The notes beneath the pieces are model-generated. The model made no database searches and had not been told where the DNA came from. It saw nothing but the letters and a program-made list of their open reading frames with translations. Source: Kiritimatiella glycovorans (GTDB lineage: Bacteria; Verrucomicrobiota; Kiritimatiellia; Kiritimatiellales; Kiritimatiellaceae). From it: a stretch of 32,000 nucleotides of DNA. The stretch is taken from contig NZ_CP010904.1 in assembly GCF_001017655.1 (NCBI RefSeq), positions 90,001 to 122,000 on the forward strand. The letters are read 5' to 3'. Shown here piece by piece: positions 7,986 through 17,572 of this stretch; positions within the stretch are counted from its first letter, which is position 1, and every line of letters begins with the position of its first letter. The position numbers and the translations under genes were made by a program.

Positions 7986-8043
7986 GAGACCTGAGTTTGA
8001 AACCTGAAACCTGAAACCTGAAACCTGAGTTTGAAACCTGAAC
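7986..8043. repeat. Heptanucleotide microsatellite: (GAAACCT)4 + GAGTTT + GAAACCT in the moxR-DUF58 spacer
   Basis: GAGACCTGAGTTTGAAACCTGAAACCTGAAACCTGAAACCTGAGTTTGAAACCTGAA. It shares the GAGACCTGA / GAAACCTGAGT motif with the arms of the 5197-5345 inverted repeat. Confidence 0.9.
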
Positions 8044-8063
8044 CCCTTCCCGTCACTGCCCCG

Positions 8064-8951
8064 ATGCCTGAAGCGGCCTATACATACCTGCCCCCCAGCT
8101 ATGCGGAACGGCTCAAGACGATGGGCCTGTCGGTCCGGAAGCCGGTCATGGGTACGCTGCAGGGGCTGCACCGGTCGCCGCACCTGGGGTCTTCCGTGGA
8201 ATTTGCGGAGTACCGCGAGTACGTGCGCGGCGATCCGATCCGTCTGATCGACTGGGCGGTTTACGCCCGGTCCGACCGCTACGTCATCCGGAGGTTTATC
8301 GAAGAGACCAACCTGCGCGCCTGCTTCCTGCTCGACACCTCGGCCAGCATGGGATACCGCGCGCGGGGCGACTACACGAAGCTCGAATACGCCTCCTACC
8401 TCGCCGCCGGATTGATGTACGTCCTGATCAACCAGGGCGATTCCGCGGGTCTGATGACCTTCGACTCCGGCGTGAACCGCTACTTCGAACCGGTCGGCGC
8501 GTTCGAGCGCCTCCGCCCGATGCTGCTTCACCTCGAGGATCTCGACCCCGCCGGCGAAAGCGGCATCGAAGCGATCATGCACGAGGCGGCGGAGCGGCTG
8601 CCGCCCAAGGGCCTGGTGATCGTCCTGTCCGACCTGCTCGAGGACCCGGATTCGATTTTGCGCGGCCTTCGCCACCTCCAGCACTTCGGCCATGACATCA
8701 CGGTATTCCACGTCCTCGACGGCGGCGAACTCCGGCTTCCCGTACACGGCAACGCCGAGTTCCGGGAGATGGAGAGCGGCGAACGGCTGACGGTGGACAC
8801 CGAGGAGATCCGCGAAGCCTACACCCGGGAGGTCGAACGCTATCTCGACCGCCTCCAGCGCGGCTGCACGGAAGGGGTGGCCGACTACGTCTTCGCGGAT
8901 ACCTCGCGCTCGGTGTTCGACGTGCTGCGGAGGAGGGCCACCCAGCCATGA
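8064..8951 (+). CDS. DUF58 domain protein (vWA-like, MoxR partner)
   Basis: GLHRSPHLGSSVEFAEYREYVRGDPIRLIDWAVYARSDRYVIRRFIEETN and FLLDTSASMGY are the classic DUF58 pattern. ATG 8064 is preferred over the track TTG 8031, which lies inside the heptamer repeat. No obvious SD precedes either start. Confidence 0.88.
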   Translation: MPEAAYTYLPPSYAERLKTMGLSVRKPVMGTLQGLHRSPHLGSSVEFAEYREYVRGDPIRLIDWAVYARSDRYVIRRFIEETNLRACFLLDTSASMGYRARGDYTKLEYASYLAAGLMYVLINQGDSAGLMTFDSGVNRYFEPVGAFERLRPMLLHLEDLDPAGESGIEAIMHEAAERLPPKGLVIVLSDLLEDPDSILRGLRHLQHFGHDITVFHVLDGGELRLPVHGNAEFREMESGERLTVDTEEIREAYTREVERYLDRLQRGCTEGVADYVFADTSRSVFDVLRRRATQP

Positions 8952-10999
8952 GCGGCATCTTTTTCGCCAACCCGCTCTTCCTTCAGCTCCTGCCGCTGGC
9001 CGCGCTGCCGGTCATCTTCCACTTCCTGCTCCGCCTGCGCAAAAAGCCCCATCCGTTTCCCACGCTGATGTTTTTCCGGCGGATCGACCCCCGCCTGAGT
9101 TCGCGCAAAAAGATCCGCGAATGGCTGATTCTGCTTCTGCGCACGCTCCTGATCCTGCTCCTCCTGCTCGCCCTCGCCCGCCCGCGTTGGCAGCGCGCCG
9201 GGGGCGGAGGGCGGCTCGCCACCGTGCTCGTACTCGACAATTCGGCGTCGATGACCCGCGAAGACGCGGAAGGCATGCCCCTCATCGAACGCGCCGCAGA
9301 GGCGGCCCGCGCGTTGCTGCGGGAGCAGCGTCCCGGCGATACGGCCGCCCTCGTGCTGCTGGTGGCGGATCCCGCCGCGAAACGGCCGGACGGACTCACG
9401 GCCGATACCGGCAGCCTGCTGGATGCGCTCGACGATCTCGAGGCGGTGGAGTGCGCCGGGCGTCCGGCGCAGGCGCTGACCACTGCGCGCCGGATCCTGG
9501 ACGAGTCGGAGGCGCCCGCGGCGGCCGTGCACGTATTCACCGATCTCCAGCGCAACGAATGGGGGCGCCCTGCGAGCCCGCCGGGCCTCCGCGAAGGCAC
9601 CACCGTCCGGGTCCATCAGCTCAGACCCGTCCGCGACCGGGACGCCAATGTCCACTTCCGCGAACTGCGGCTGCCGCCGATGCGGATTCCCGCGGGACGC
9701 ACATTCTACGCCGAGGCCGTCCTCGCCAACAACGGCGGAGCGGCGGCGGACATCCTGCTCAATACGGCCGGCGGCGGAACGGAGGCCGCGAGCCGTGAAC
9801 TCACCCTGATGCCGGGGGCGGAGGCCCGCACCCCCATCGCGCTGAGGGCCGAGGCCCCGGGGCTGCACGCGCGCCGGATGTGGATCGAGGGCGACGCCTT
9901 CAGCGCGGATAACCACGCGGGCCTCGCCTTTCGCACCCTCCCGCGCCAGCAGGTCCGTTTCGCCGGAACACGGACGGCCTACGGCGCCCTTCCGCATGCC
10001 CTCTCCCCGGCCGGCGGCGAGCTGACCGGAATCGAAACGCACTTCGAGTCCGGCGGGGATGAGGGAGCGGACGGCGCGGAGCGCACCGCGCTTCACGTCG
10101 CCACGTACGCGGAGTTCATCCGCCGTTCCGCGTCGCTGAGCGAAACCGTGGAACGGGGCGGGCGGCTCCTGCTGCTGCCGGCCGTTACCGGGCCCGGCGT
10201 CGCGGAACGGCCCGGCCGGCTCGATCTCGCCCTCGACGCTCCCGTGAGCTGGGAGGAGGGGATGCGCCTGCATGCGGCCGAACCGGCCGCGGCGATTTTC
10301 GACGGCCTGCGGGGCGCGGACGGCGAGGTCTCGCTCGGGGAGGCGAGGGTCATGCGGGTGATGCCGGTCCGCGGCGGCGAGGGCTGGACGACGCTGCTGC
10401 GGATCGAGACCGGTTCGCCCGTGCTCGCGTACCGGCGGTTCGGGCGCGGCATGATCTATGCCTCGGGTGCGGCCTTCGATCCCGGGTGGACTACGCTGCC
10501 GCTTAAAGGCCCGTTCGTCGTCCTCGCCCAGCACCTCGCGCTCGAAAGCGGCGACGGCGAAGAGCCCGCCTTCCAGTGGGTGGCCGGCGAGCCGCCGCCC
10601 GCCCCGGCGGCGGCGGAGGACGAAGCGCTCAGCGTGACCGCCGTCGAAGGCCCGCCCCTGCAGTGGCGCGGACCGCCCGCGGAGCGTCCGGTCCTCTGCC
10701 GCGCCGGGGTGTATAAACTGGCCGCGGGATCCGAAACCTGGTATGCGGGCGTGCAGGGCGACGGCGCGGAAGGGGCGCAGGACTATATGGACGATTCGGT
10801 CGTGCCGGCGATGGAAGGCTGGCGCTACCGGGTCGCGCCGCTGGCCGCCCCCCGTGAGCTGGTCGACGCCGTCGGCCGGTTCCGCGAGGCGTTCGACCCG
10901 TTCCCGTGGATCATCCTTGCCGCGCTCGCCGTCCTGTTCGCGGAAGGCGCGCTCGCGAACCGCCCGCCGTTGCGGGCCGCGGGGAGGGCGGAACCATGA
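8948..10999 (+). CDS. BatA-domain (N-terminal double-TM) vWA membrane protein
   Basis: N-terminus FANPLFLQLLPLAALPVIFHFLLRLRKKPHPFPTLMFF matches the aerotolerance BatA N-terminal domain. The MIDAS-like segment is VLVLDNSASM. The start overlaps the DUF58 stop (ATGA). Confidence 0.85.
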   Translation: MSGIFFANPLFLQLLPLAALPVIFHFLLRLRKKPHPFPTLMFFRRIDPRLSSRKKIREWLILLLRTLLILLLLLALARPRWQRAGGGGRLATVLVLDNSASMTREDAEGMPLIERAAEAARALLREQRPGDTAALVLLVADPAAKRPDGLTADTGSLLDALDDLEAVECAGRPAQALTTARRILDESEAPAAAVHVFTDLQRNEWGRPASPPGLREGTTVRVHQLRPVRDRDANVHFRELRLPPMRIPAGRTFYAEAVLANNGGAAADILLNTAGGGTEAASRELTLMPGAEARTPIALRAEAPGLHARRMWIEGDAFSADNHAGLAFRTLPRQQVRFAGTRTAYGALPHALSPAGGELTGIETHFESGGDEGADGAERTALHVATYAEFIRRSASLSETVERGGRLLLLPAVTGPGVAERPGRLDLALDAPVSWEEGMRLHAAEPAAAIFDGLRGADGEVSLGEARVMRVMPVRGGEGWTTLLRIETGSPVLAYRRFGRGMIYASGAAFDPGWTTLPLKGPFVVLAQHLALESGDGEEPAFQWVAGEPPPAPAAAEDEALSVTAVEGPPLQWRGPPAERPVLCRAGVYKLAAGSETWYAGVQGDGAEGAQDYMDDSVVPAMEGWRYRVAPLAAPRELVDAVGRFREAFDPFPWIILAALAVLFAEGALANRPPLRAAGRAEP

Positions 11000-13182
11000 T
11001 CGACTGGCGCCCCCATCTCGACCCCCTGCTGTGCGGCGTGGTGCTGCTCGCCGTGGCGCTGGCGGCGTGGATGCTCTACCTCCGCATCAAGGCCGGACCG
11101 CGCGGGAGCGCCCCCTTCGCGCTGTTCCTGCCCAAGGTGCTCGCCGCCGCTTTTCTCGTGCTCGCGCTGCTGGAACCGGTGATCCAGCGCGAGCGCCGCG
11201 AGGAGGGAAGCGACCGCGTGCTCGTGCTGGTCGACCGGTCCGGTTCGATGCGGGTGGCCGACGGCGAGATGTCGCGCTACGGGCGCGCGCGCTCCACCGC
11301 GGAACGCCTCCGCGCCATGCTGCCCGCAGACATCGGACTGGAACTGCAGAGCTTCGATACGGGTATCCATGAAGACCTGCCCGATCCCGCCGGCCCGGAC
11401 GAAGACGCCGGAACCGACCTCGGCGCATGCCTGCTCGAACTCGGCAAACGCGATCTCTCCGACTGCGCGGCCCTGCTGCTGATCACCGACGGCGGCGATA
11501 CCGTGATCGAGGATCCCGCGCTGCCGCCGGTTCCGCTCTCCGTGCTCGGGGTCGGTTCGGTGACCGGCCGCTGGAACGACGTGCGCATCGAAGCCTTCCG
11601 CCTGCCCGGCACCGTCGAAGAGGGCACCGGGTTCGAAGCGACCGTCGATGTGACCGCCTCCAGCGGCTCGCTGTCCTTCGCCCGCCGCCTCGGCCGCGTC
11701 ACCCTGCGTCTCGAGCGCCGGACGCCCGACGGGTCGTGGGAAGCCGTGAAGAGACGCAGCATCGACCTCGGCGAACGAAGCGTTCGCGAGCGATTCCGTC
11801 TCGAGGCCGGAGACGGCGGCGTCCACCGCTACCGGGCCGTGCTGCCGGAGGTCGAGGGCGAGATCTCCGCGCTGAACAACGCCCGCGAAGGCGCACTCGA
11901 AGTGCGCACGCGGTCTTCGCAGGTGCTGTACTTCACGCGCCGGCTCGGAACGGCCTACAAGATGGTCCGCGGGGAACTCGGCCGCGATCCCGGGATCGCG
12001 TTCACCGGGATGTTCCGCACCATCGGCGAGCGCTTCACGGTCGTCGGCGAGGACGTCGACGAGACCGGCGCGCTGGAGAAAGGCTTCCCGGAATCCGTCG
12101 AGGCCCTGCGCCGTTACGACACCGTGATCCTCGGCGCCTTCCCGGCGGACGAGTGGAGTCCGGCTCAGATCGAGGCCTTGCGCGCCTATGTCGAACAGGG
12201 CGGCACGGCCGTGTTTCTGGCCGGAACGGAATCGTACGGCGCGCGCGGCTACCCCGGCACCCCGCTCGAGGACCTGCTGCCCTGGCGGATCGCCGCGGGC
12301 GATGCGGAAATGCTCACCGGCGCGTTTCCGGTCACCGTTCCGCCGCAGACCCGCTCGCATCCGGCCGTGCGGGGGCTCGCCGACGCGCTTGCGGAAACTT
12401 CGGCGACGGTCGAAAGCCTCAGTCCGGCCGGCACGCTCAAACCCGGCGCCGAGGCACTCCTGTACGCGTCGACCGGCGAAGGCCGGATCCCGCTGGTCGC
12501 GTGGCAGGCCTTCGGGCGGGGCAAGGTGCTCGCCTTTCAGTCCAACACCTTCTGGAAGTGGTCGCGGAGGAACGAGGCACTCCGCGAGGCCTACGGGACC
12601 TTCTGGCGACAGACGGCACGCTGGCTCGCGGGCGCGGAGGAGAGCGGCACGCGTTTTTCGTATCGGTGGGACCGTGAGCACTACGCACCCGGTGACCGCG
12701 CGCAGCTCGAAATCCGCTCGCTCGGCGCATCGTCGTCCGGCCGCGTCGAGTTCAGCGCCGTACTTGAGCGCGACGGTGAACTCGAACAGGTCTCCGTCCG
12801 GGAGGTCGAAGGGGTGGAGGATACGTGGCGGGCCGGCCTGCGTTTCCGCCGGCGCGGCCATTATCTCTTCACCTTGACCGCGAATGAAAACGGGCGCACC
12901 GTGGAGACGTACGAAAAGCGGCTGCCCGTGTTCCCGAAGGTCGGCGAGGGTGCGCGGCTGGAACTCGACGAGGCCTTTCTCCGGCGGCTCGCGCAGCAGG
13001 GCGGCGGGGCGTACGGACACGAGTCGCGGCAGGATGAATTCCTGCAGAAATTCGCCCGCGGGATGTGGCGCAGGACCGTGACGATCGAGGAACCGCTCAT
13101 GGAGAGCCGCTATGCGGTCGGCGCCTTTCTACTGGTGCTGGTGATCGAATGGATCATCCGGCGCAGAAGAAACCTGTTCTGA
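10996..13182 (+). CDS. Membrane protein with vWA-like and glutamine-amidotransferase-like (DUF1355-type) domains and a C-terminal TM anchor
   Basis: ATG 10996 overlaps the upstream stop (ATGA). N-terminal TMs are followed by VLVLVDRSGSM. Central segment YDTVILGAFPADEWSPAQIEALRAYVEQGGTAVFLAG...GRGKVLAFQSNTFWKW is GATase1-like. The C-terminus is AVGAFLLVLVIEWIIRRRRNLF. Confidence 0.8.
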   Translation: MIDWRPHLDPLLCGVVLLAVALAAWMLYLRIKAGPRGSAPFALFLPKVLAAAFLVLALLEPVIQRERREEGSDRVLVLVDRSGSMRVADGEMSRYGRARSTAERLRAMLPADIGLELQSFDTGIHEDLPDPAGPDEDAGTDLGACLLELGKRDLSDCAALLLITDGGDTVIEDPALPPVPLSVLGVGSVTGRWNDVRIEAFRLPGTVEEGTGFEATVDVTASSGSLSFARRLGRVTLRLERRTPDGSWEAVKRRSIDLGERSVRERFRLEAGDGGVHRYRAVLPEVEGEISALNNAREGALEVRTRSSQVLYFTRRLGTAYKMVRGELGRDPGIAFTGMFRTIGERFTVVGEDVDETGALEKGFPESVEALRRYDTVILGAFPADEWSPAQIEALRAYVEQGGTAVFLAGTESYGARGYPGTPLEDLLPWRIAAGDAEMLTGAFPVTVPPQTRSHPAVRGLADALAETSATVESLSPAGTLKPGAEALLYASTGEGRIPLVAWQAFGRGKVLAFQSNTFWKWSRRNEALREAYGTFWRQTARWLAGAEESGTRFSYRWDREHYAPGDRAQLEIRSLGASSSGRVEFSAVLERDGELEQVSVREVEGVEDTWRAGLRFRRRGHYLFTLTANENGRTVETYEKRLPVFPKVGEGARLELDEAFLRRLAQQGGGAYGHESRQDEFLQKFARGMWRRTVTIEEPLMESRYAVGAFLLVLVIEWIIRRRRNLF

Positions 13183-13198
13183 TCCGGAGACGAGTGCA

Positions 13199-14257
13199 AT
13201 GAACCACAGAGCCAGTCCTTGCCTTCCGCCGCTGCGGACCACCGCGGCCGTTCTCCTGGCGGGGCTGTTCTCCGCGGCCGCGCTTGAGGCGGGCGTGGTG
13301 GAGTTCTCCGACGGGTCGGCGATCACGGGCGAAGTGCGGTTCGCGTCGGCGGACGTCAAACTTCACTACCGCGGCAAAAAGCTCATCCGCATCCCTGCGG
13401 ACGAAATCGCCGGGATTCGACTGAGACCCGAACGGGAGAGCCTGGAGCGCAAATGGATGATGCCCACCGCGGGGCAGACCCGGAAGGAGCGCTGGGGCGA
13501 GCCGTTTCCGGTCCGTCACCTCAAGGCCGACCTGCTGCTCGCCGGAGGCCAGCGCCGCGAGGGTCATCTGTACACGACCCCGCTTTACGTGCTCGGACCC
13601 GAAGGCGCGGAAAAGGTGGTGCTGCCGGCCAAACAGCGCGGCGAGGAGGGTCAGACGCTGGCCGAACTGGTCTACCCCGTCGCGGTGCGCACGGATCGGG
13701 AGGTTGCTGCCGAAGCGGCGGAACGCACGTTCCGGCTGCCGGAGCCGCTCCGGGGCGCGGAACCGGTGGTGCTGCAGCGCGACACGCTGACCCGCCTGCC
13801 GGTCAGGCGCGAGGGCGATGCCTGGCGCGTTACCGCCCTGCCGGGAGAAAAGCTGTTCGCCGCGGTGCGCCGGGACGGGACGGTGACCGTCGGCTGGCCG
13901 GAGCGCCGCGATCCGGCCCTCTTTGAGCGCATGAACGCGGCGCTGGCGGAAGCGAAGGATTTCTTCGACCGGCGCGAACTGCTCGGAGTGGTCCGCGGCG
14001 GCGAAGATTCGCTCTACGCGCTCTGCCTGCTCTCGCGCGAAGGCGCCACCACCCTCAAACGCGAAAAGAACCGCCCCTGGCGCGTCGGAATCTGGCGCTG
14101 GAAGGAGGACGGCGAAGACGGCCGGATCATGCTCGCCGGCCGGGGGTTCTTCTTCCGCGGAATCGAAACGCGCGGCGTACGCCCCGAGGTCCGCCTCTCG
14201 CCGGAGCTTCATGCGGTGATGGCCGGCGGCGGAGGAGGGGACGGCACGAATGAGTGA
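13199..14257 (+). CDS. Hypothetical secreted protein (352 aa), operon member
   Basis: Signal-like N-terminus LRTTAAVLLAGLFSAAALEAG. No family recognised. Called coding from operon context: 16-nt gap upstream and an 8-nt overlap with the next gene. Confidence 0.65.
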   Translation: MNHRASPCLPPLRTTAAVLLAGLFSAAALEAGVVEFSDGSAITGEVRFASADVKLHYRGKKLIRIPADEIAGIRLRPERESLERKWMMPTAGQTRKERWGEPFPVRHLKADLLLAGGQRREGHLYTTPLYVLGPEGAEKVVLPAKQRGEEGQTLAELVYPVAVRTDREVAAEAAERTFRLPEPLRGAEPVVLQRDTLTRLPVRREGDAWRVTALPGEKLFAAVRRDGTVTVGWPERRDPALFERMNAALAEAKDFFDRRELLGVVRGGEDSLYALCLLSREGATTLKREKNRPWRVGIWRWKEDGEDGRIMLAGRGFFFRGIETRGVRPEVRLSPELHAVMAGGGGGDGTNE

Positions 14258-17200
14258 TCCCGGCACGCATCCCGATCGTCTGGTGCGCCGCGCCGCCCGG
14301 CGCATCTTCTGGGCCGCGGTGCTCGTCCGCTCCGCGGGCTGGGCGGCGCTCGTGCTGGGCGTCTGGTTGGCGCTTCTCTGGGCGGACCACCTGCTCGGGC
14401 TTCCGGCCGGGCTGCGGCTTCCGCTCGCCCTGGCCGGATTCATCGTACCGCTGGTCCTGCTGGCGCGCCTGTTCCGCGGCCTGCGCCCCCACGGGCGCGA
14501 ACACACCGCCGTCGCCCTCGAGCGGGTCTTCGGCATCCCGGACAATGTGCTGATCAATACGCTTCAGTTCGAAAACCGCGCGATGGACGAACAGGAGCGC
14601 GCCTTCGCAAAGCGCACGATCCGGGACTGCAGGCGGCGGATGCCGTCGTTGCGCCTGGCGCAGCTCTGGGACGGCGCCCGCCTCCGGCGCCGCGGCGGGC
14701 TGGGGGCGCTGCTGCTCGCCTGCTGGGCGGCCTACCTGGCCCTCTATCCGCGGCAGGCGCTCAACGCCGCCACGCGCTATGTGCGGCCCATGGCCGACCG
14801 TCCCCCGGCGGGGGCCGCGATGATCGACGTGCGCCCTTCCGGAACGGTGACCGTGCCCGAGGGCGAACCGCTGGAGATCACCGCCCGGCTGACCGGCGGT
14901 CGCCTGCGCTCCGCGCCCGTCGCGGTCTGGAGCGAGGGCACGGAACGCGTGCCCCCGGAACGGGACGCCGGCGAACAGGTCATGCTGACCGCGTCTGCCG
15001 ACGCAACCCACACCTTCACCCATACCTTCTCCTCCGTGACGCGGCCGTTTTCATTCCGCGTCTTCGCCGGACGCACCTGGTCGCCCGCCGTACTCGTCCG
15101 CGTCCGCCGCCGCTCGCGGATCACGGAGTCGTGGACCGGTATCTCGCCGCCCGGATACACCGGCCGCGACCCGTACCGCATCCCCGGGCCGCCTGCGCCG
15201 ATCACCGCCCTGCCCGGCTCCGGAATCCGCGTCGGCCTGCGCTGCGATCCCCCCGCGCGGGAGGTATCCTGGATGGCCGGCGGCGAAACCAACGCCATGC
15301 AGCGGGACGAAGGCGAATGGACGATCGAAACCGGCATGCGCGGCGGGGGGCTCTACCGCATCGAGGCCCGGCAGGAAGGGACGGAGCGCGCGATCGTGCT
15401 CGCCGAAGGCGAATTCGTACCGGAGAGCGACCGCCGGCCGCGGGCCGCGTTCGATACCTCCGACCGCAACCGGCTGCTCGCTCCCGGGGCGGAGCTGGAA
15501 CTGCCCGTGCGGGCGGAGGATGACTACGGGCTGCGCTCGGTCTCGGTCACGGTACGCGACGCTGAAAACGGGGATGCGACGGCGACGGTGAAGGACTGGA
15601 CCTATATCGGGCCGCCGGGGCGCGAGGGCGAGGTGCGCGAGGTGATGGCGGTTACCCTCGATCCCGGCCGGTTTGAATTCGGCCGCGCCTATATCTTCGA
15701 GGCCCGTGCGCGGGACTGGAATCCCGCGGGAGAGGAGACCGTATCCAAACCCGTGGTCGTACGGGTCCAATCGCCGGACGACTACCGGATCGACCCGGAC
15801 GATCCGCTGGCGCCGGCATTCGAAAAGCTGCGCGACACGCTGGCCGCGCAGAAGAAATCACTGGCGCTGACCCGCAACCTGCGGCTGCATCTGGACGAAG
15901 CGGTCGAAAAGGACAACCTCGACGAGCATCGCGCGGCCGTGCGCGGACCGCAGCAGGCGGCGCGGAGTTCGGGGGCGGAAGCGCTGGAACTCTTCGTCGA
16001 ACAGGAAAAAGAGGGCGAAGCCTATGCGCTCAGGCTCGGTCCGCTCGTCAACGGCGAGATGGCCTGGGTGCTGGAGGCGCTGGACGAACCGCCCGGATCG
16101 GGGATAGCGGCCGCCGGAACCTGGTCGGCGCGGATCGAAGACCGCCAGCAGTATATCCTCGCCGAACTGATCGCCCTGCTCGGTAAACTCGCCGACCGCG
16201 ACCTCGTCCGGTCGGAAGAAGGTCCCGAAGACGGGGTTCTCGCGCCGATGGCGCTCGATGACGCCGCGCGCGACCTGAAGAACGACCTGGACGATTTTCT
16301 CGACGCCCAGGAACGGATCATCGATCAGACCCGCACTCTAGCCGACCGCGGCCCGGAAGACCTGACGGATGAAGAGGAGGAGATCCTCGGCGCGCTCGCG
16401 CGCGAGGAGGCCGAATGGGCGGAATTCTTCCATGAGAAGCTCACCGATTTCAGCAAGCTTCCCGAGCAGGACTTCGCCGACAGCTCACTCTCGCAGGAAC
16501 TGGTCGAGATCTATCACGAGGTCAAACTCGCCGCGGCCGAGCTGTACGAGAAGAAGATCGAGCTGGCCGTGCCGACCGAGCAGGCCGGCGCGGAGCAGGC
16601 CGAGGAACTGGTCCACAACCTGGAGAAGTGGCTCCAGGATACCCCCGATTACATGAAATGGGTCATGGAGGACGTGCCGGAGATGCCGGACATCCCGCTC
16701 GCCGAACTGCCCGCCGAACTCGAGGATATCGTCGGCGAGCTGTTCGATACCCAGGAATCGATGACCGAAGACATCGAGGACATCTCCAGCGCGTGGGCGG
16801 GGTCGATCGACAAGGGCGCGGGCTGGACGGCCATGGACGGCCCGATCTCCAGCATGGGCGCGAAGGGGATTACCGGCAGCCTCCTCCCGAACTCCAGCGA
16901 GATCGGCGGGCGCTCGGGGGAAGGACGCACCGGGCGCAGTCACGGCCAGATGGTCGAGGAGACCGCCGTCGGCAAGGGCGGACGCAAAACGCCCACGCGC
17001 CTGACGCCGAGTCCGTTCGAGCAGGGGAGCGTGGACGACCAGTCGACCGAGGACCCCGGCGGCGCGACGGGCGGCGGGAAAGTCGCCGGCTACGGCTCCG
17101 AAGGTCTGCGGGGGCCGGCGCCGGACACCATGCCCGACAAGCTTCCGCGCCTGATTTCCAAACAGACGCGGATCCGGCAGGAGGCGGAGGCGCTCGCGCT

Positions 17201-17528
17201 CAAGCTGCGGCGGTATAACCTGCCCTCCGGCGACCTGGAATCGTCGATCCGCGCCATGCGCGCGGTGGAAGACGCCGCGCAGCGCGGCCGGGGGCTGGCG
17301 CTGAGGCAGGCGCACACGCGCGCGCTGGACTCCCTGCGCGGCGCAGAACGATCGCTGAACACCGAGACCGGGCTTCAGCGCGAACAGACACATCTTCCCG
17401 AATGGATGCGCGAGGAGATCCTCTCCGGTTATCGGGAGACGCTTCCGCGCGGTTACGAGACGCTGATCGCGGAGTATTTCCGCGTACTTGCCGGGGGAAC
17501 GCGGGCGGACGAACCCGGCGCGGAATGA
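14250..17528 (+). CDS. Large (1092 aa) membrane-anchored protein, acidic in its C-terminal half, with DUF4175-like architecture
   Basis: N-terminal TM hairpins (IFWAAVLVRSAGWAALVLGVWLALLW, LPLALAGFIVPLVLLARLF). Beta-sandwich-like middle with RAEDDYGLRSVSVTV. Long Asp/Glu-rich helical region, a Gly-rich stretch GRSGEGRTGRSHGQ...GGATGGGK, and a C-terminal SGYRETLPRGYETLIAEYFRVLAG motif. The family assignment is from memory and needs an HMM check. Confidence 0.75.
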   Translation: MSDPGTHPDRLVRRAARRIFWAAVLVRSAGWAALVLGVWLALLWADHLLGLPAGLRLPLALAGFIVPLVLLARLFRGLRPHGREHTAVALERVFGIPDNVLINTLQFENRAMDEQERAFAKRTIRDCRRRMPSLRLAQLWDGARLRRRGGLGALLLACWAAYLALYPRQALNAATRYVRPMADRPPAGAAMIDVRPSGTVTVPEGEPLEITARLTGGRLRSAPVAVWSEGTERVPPERDAGEQVMLTASADATHTFTHTFSSVTRPFSFRVFAGRTWSPAVLVRVRRRSRITESWTGISPPGYTGRDPYRIPGPPAPITALPGSGIRVGLRCDPPAREVSWMAGGETNAMQRDEGEWTIETGMRGGGLYRIEARQEGTERAIVLAEGEFVPESDRRPRAAFDTSDRNRLLAPGAELELPVRAEDDYGLRSVSVTVRDAENGDATATVKDWTYIGPPGREGEVREVMAVTLDPGRFEFGRAYIFEARARDWNPAGEETVSKPVVVRVQSPDDYRIDPDDPLAPAFEKLRDTLAAQKKSLALTRNLRLHLDEAVEKDNLDEHRAAVRGPQQAARSSGAEALELFVEQEKEGEAYALRLGPLVNGEMAWVLEALDEPPGSGIAAAGTWSARIEDRQQYILAELIALLGKLADRDLVRSEEGPEDGVLAPMALDDAARDLKNDLDDFLDAQERIIDQTRTLADRGPEDLTDEEEEILGALAREEAEWAEFFHEKLTDFSKLPEQDFADSSLSQELVEIYHEVKLAAAELYEKKIELAVPTEQAGAEQAEELVHNLEKWLQDTPDYMKWVMEDVPEMPDIPLAELPAELEDIVGELFDTQESMTEDIEDISSAWAGSIDKGAGWTAMDGPISSMGAKGITGSLLPNSSEIGGRSGEGRTGRSHGQMVEETAVGKGGRKTPTRLTPSPFEQGSVDDQSTEDPGGATGGGKVAGYGSEGLRGPAPDTMPDKLPRLISKQTRIRQEAEALALKLRRYNLPSGDLESSIRAMRAVEDAAQRGRGLALRQAHTRALDSLRGAERSLNTETGLQREQTHLPEWMREEILSGYRETLPRGYETLIAEYFRVLAGGTRADEPGAE

Positions 17529-17572
17529 GACTGCCCCCGCTCCCGGCAGCGGGGGGATGCGAAGGAGGGCCC

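Noticed and set aside
8031-8063. Track start (TTG 8031) for the DUF58 gene.
   Set aside because: It lies within the heptamer microsatellite and adds residues (KPEPLPVTAP) not seen in DUF58 N-termini. ATG 8064 gives a typical N-terminal length.
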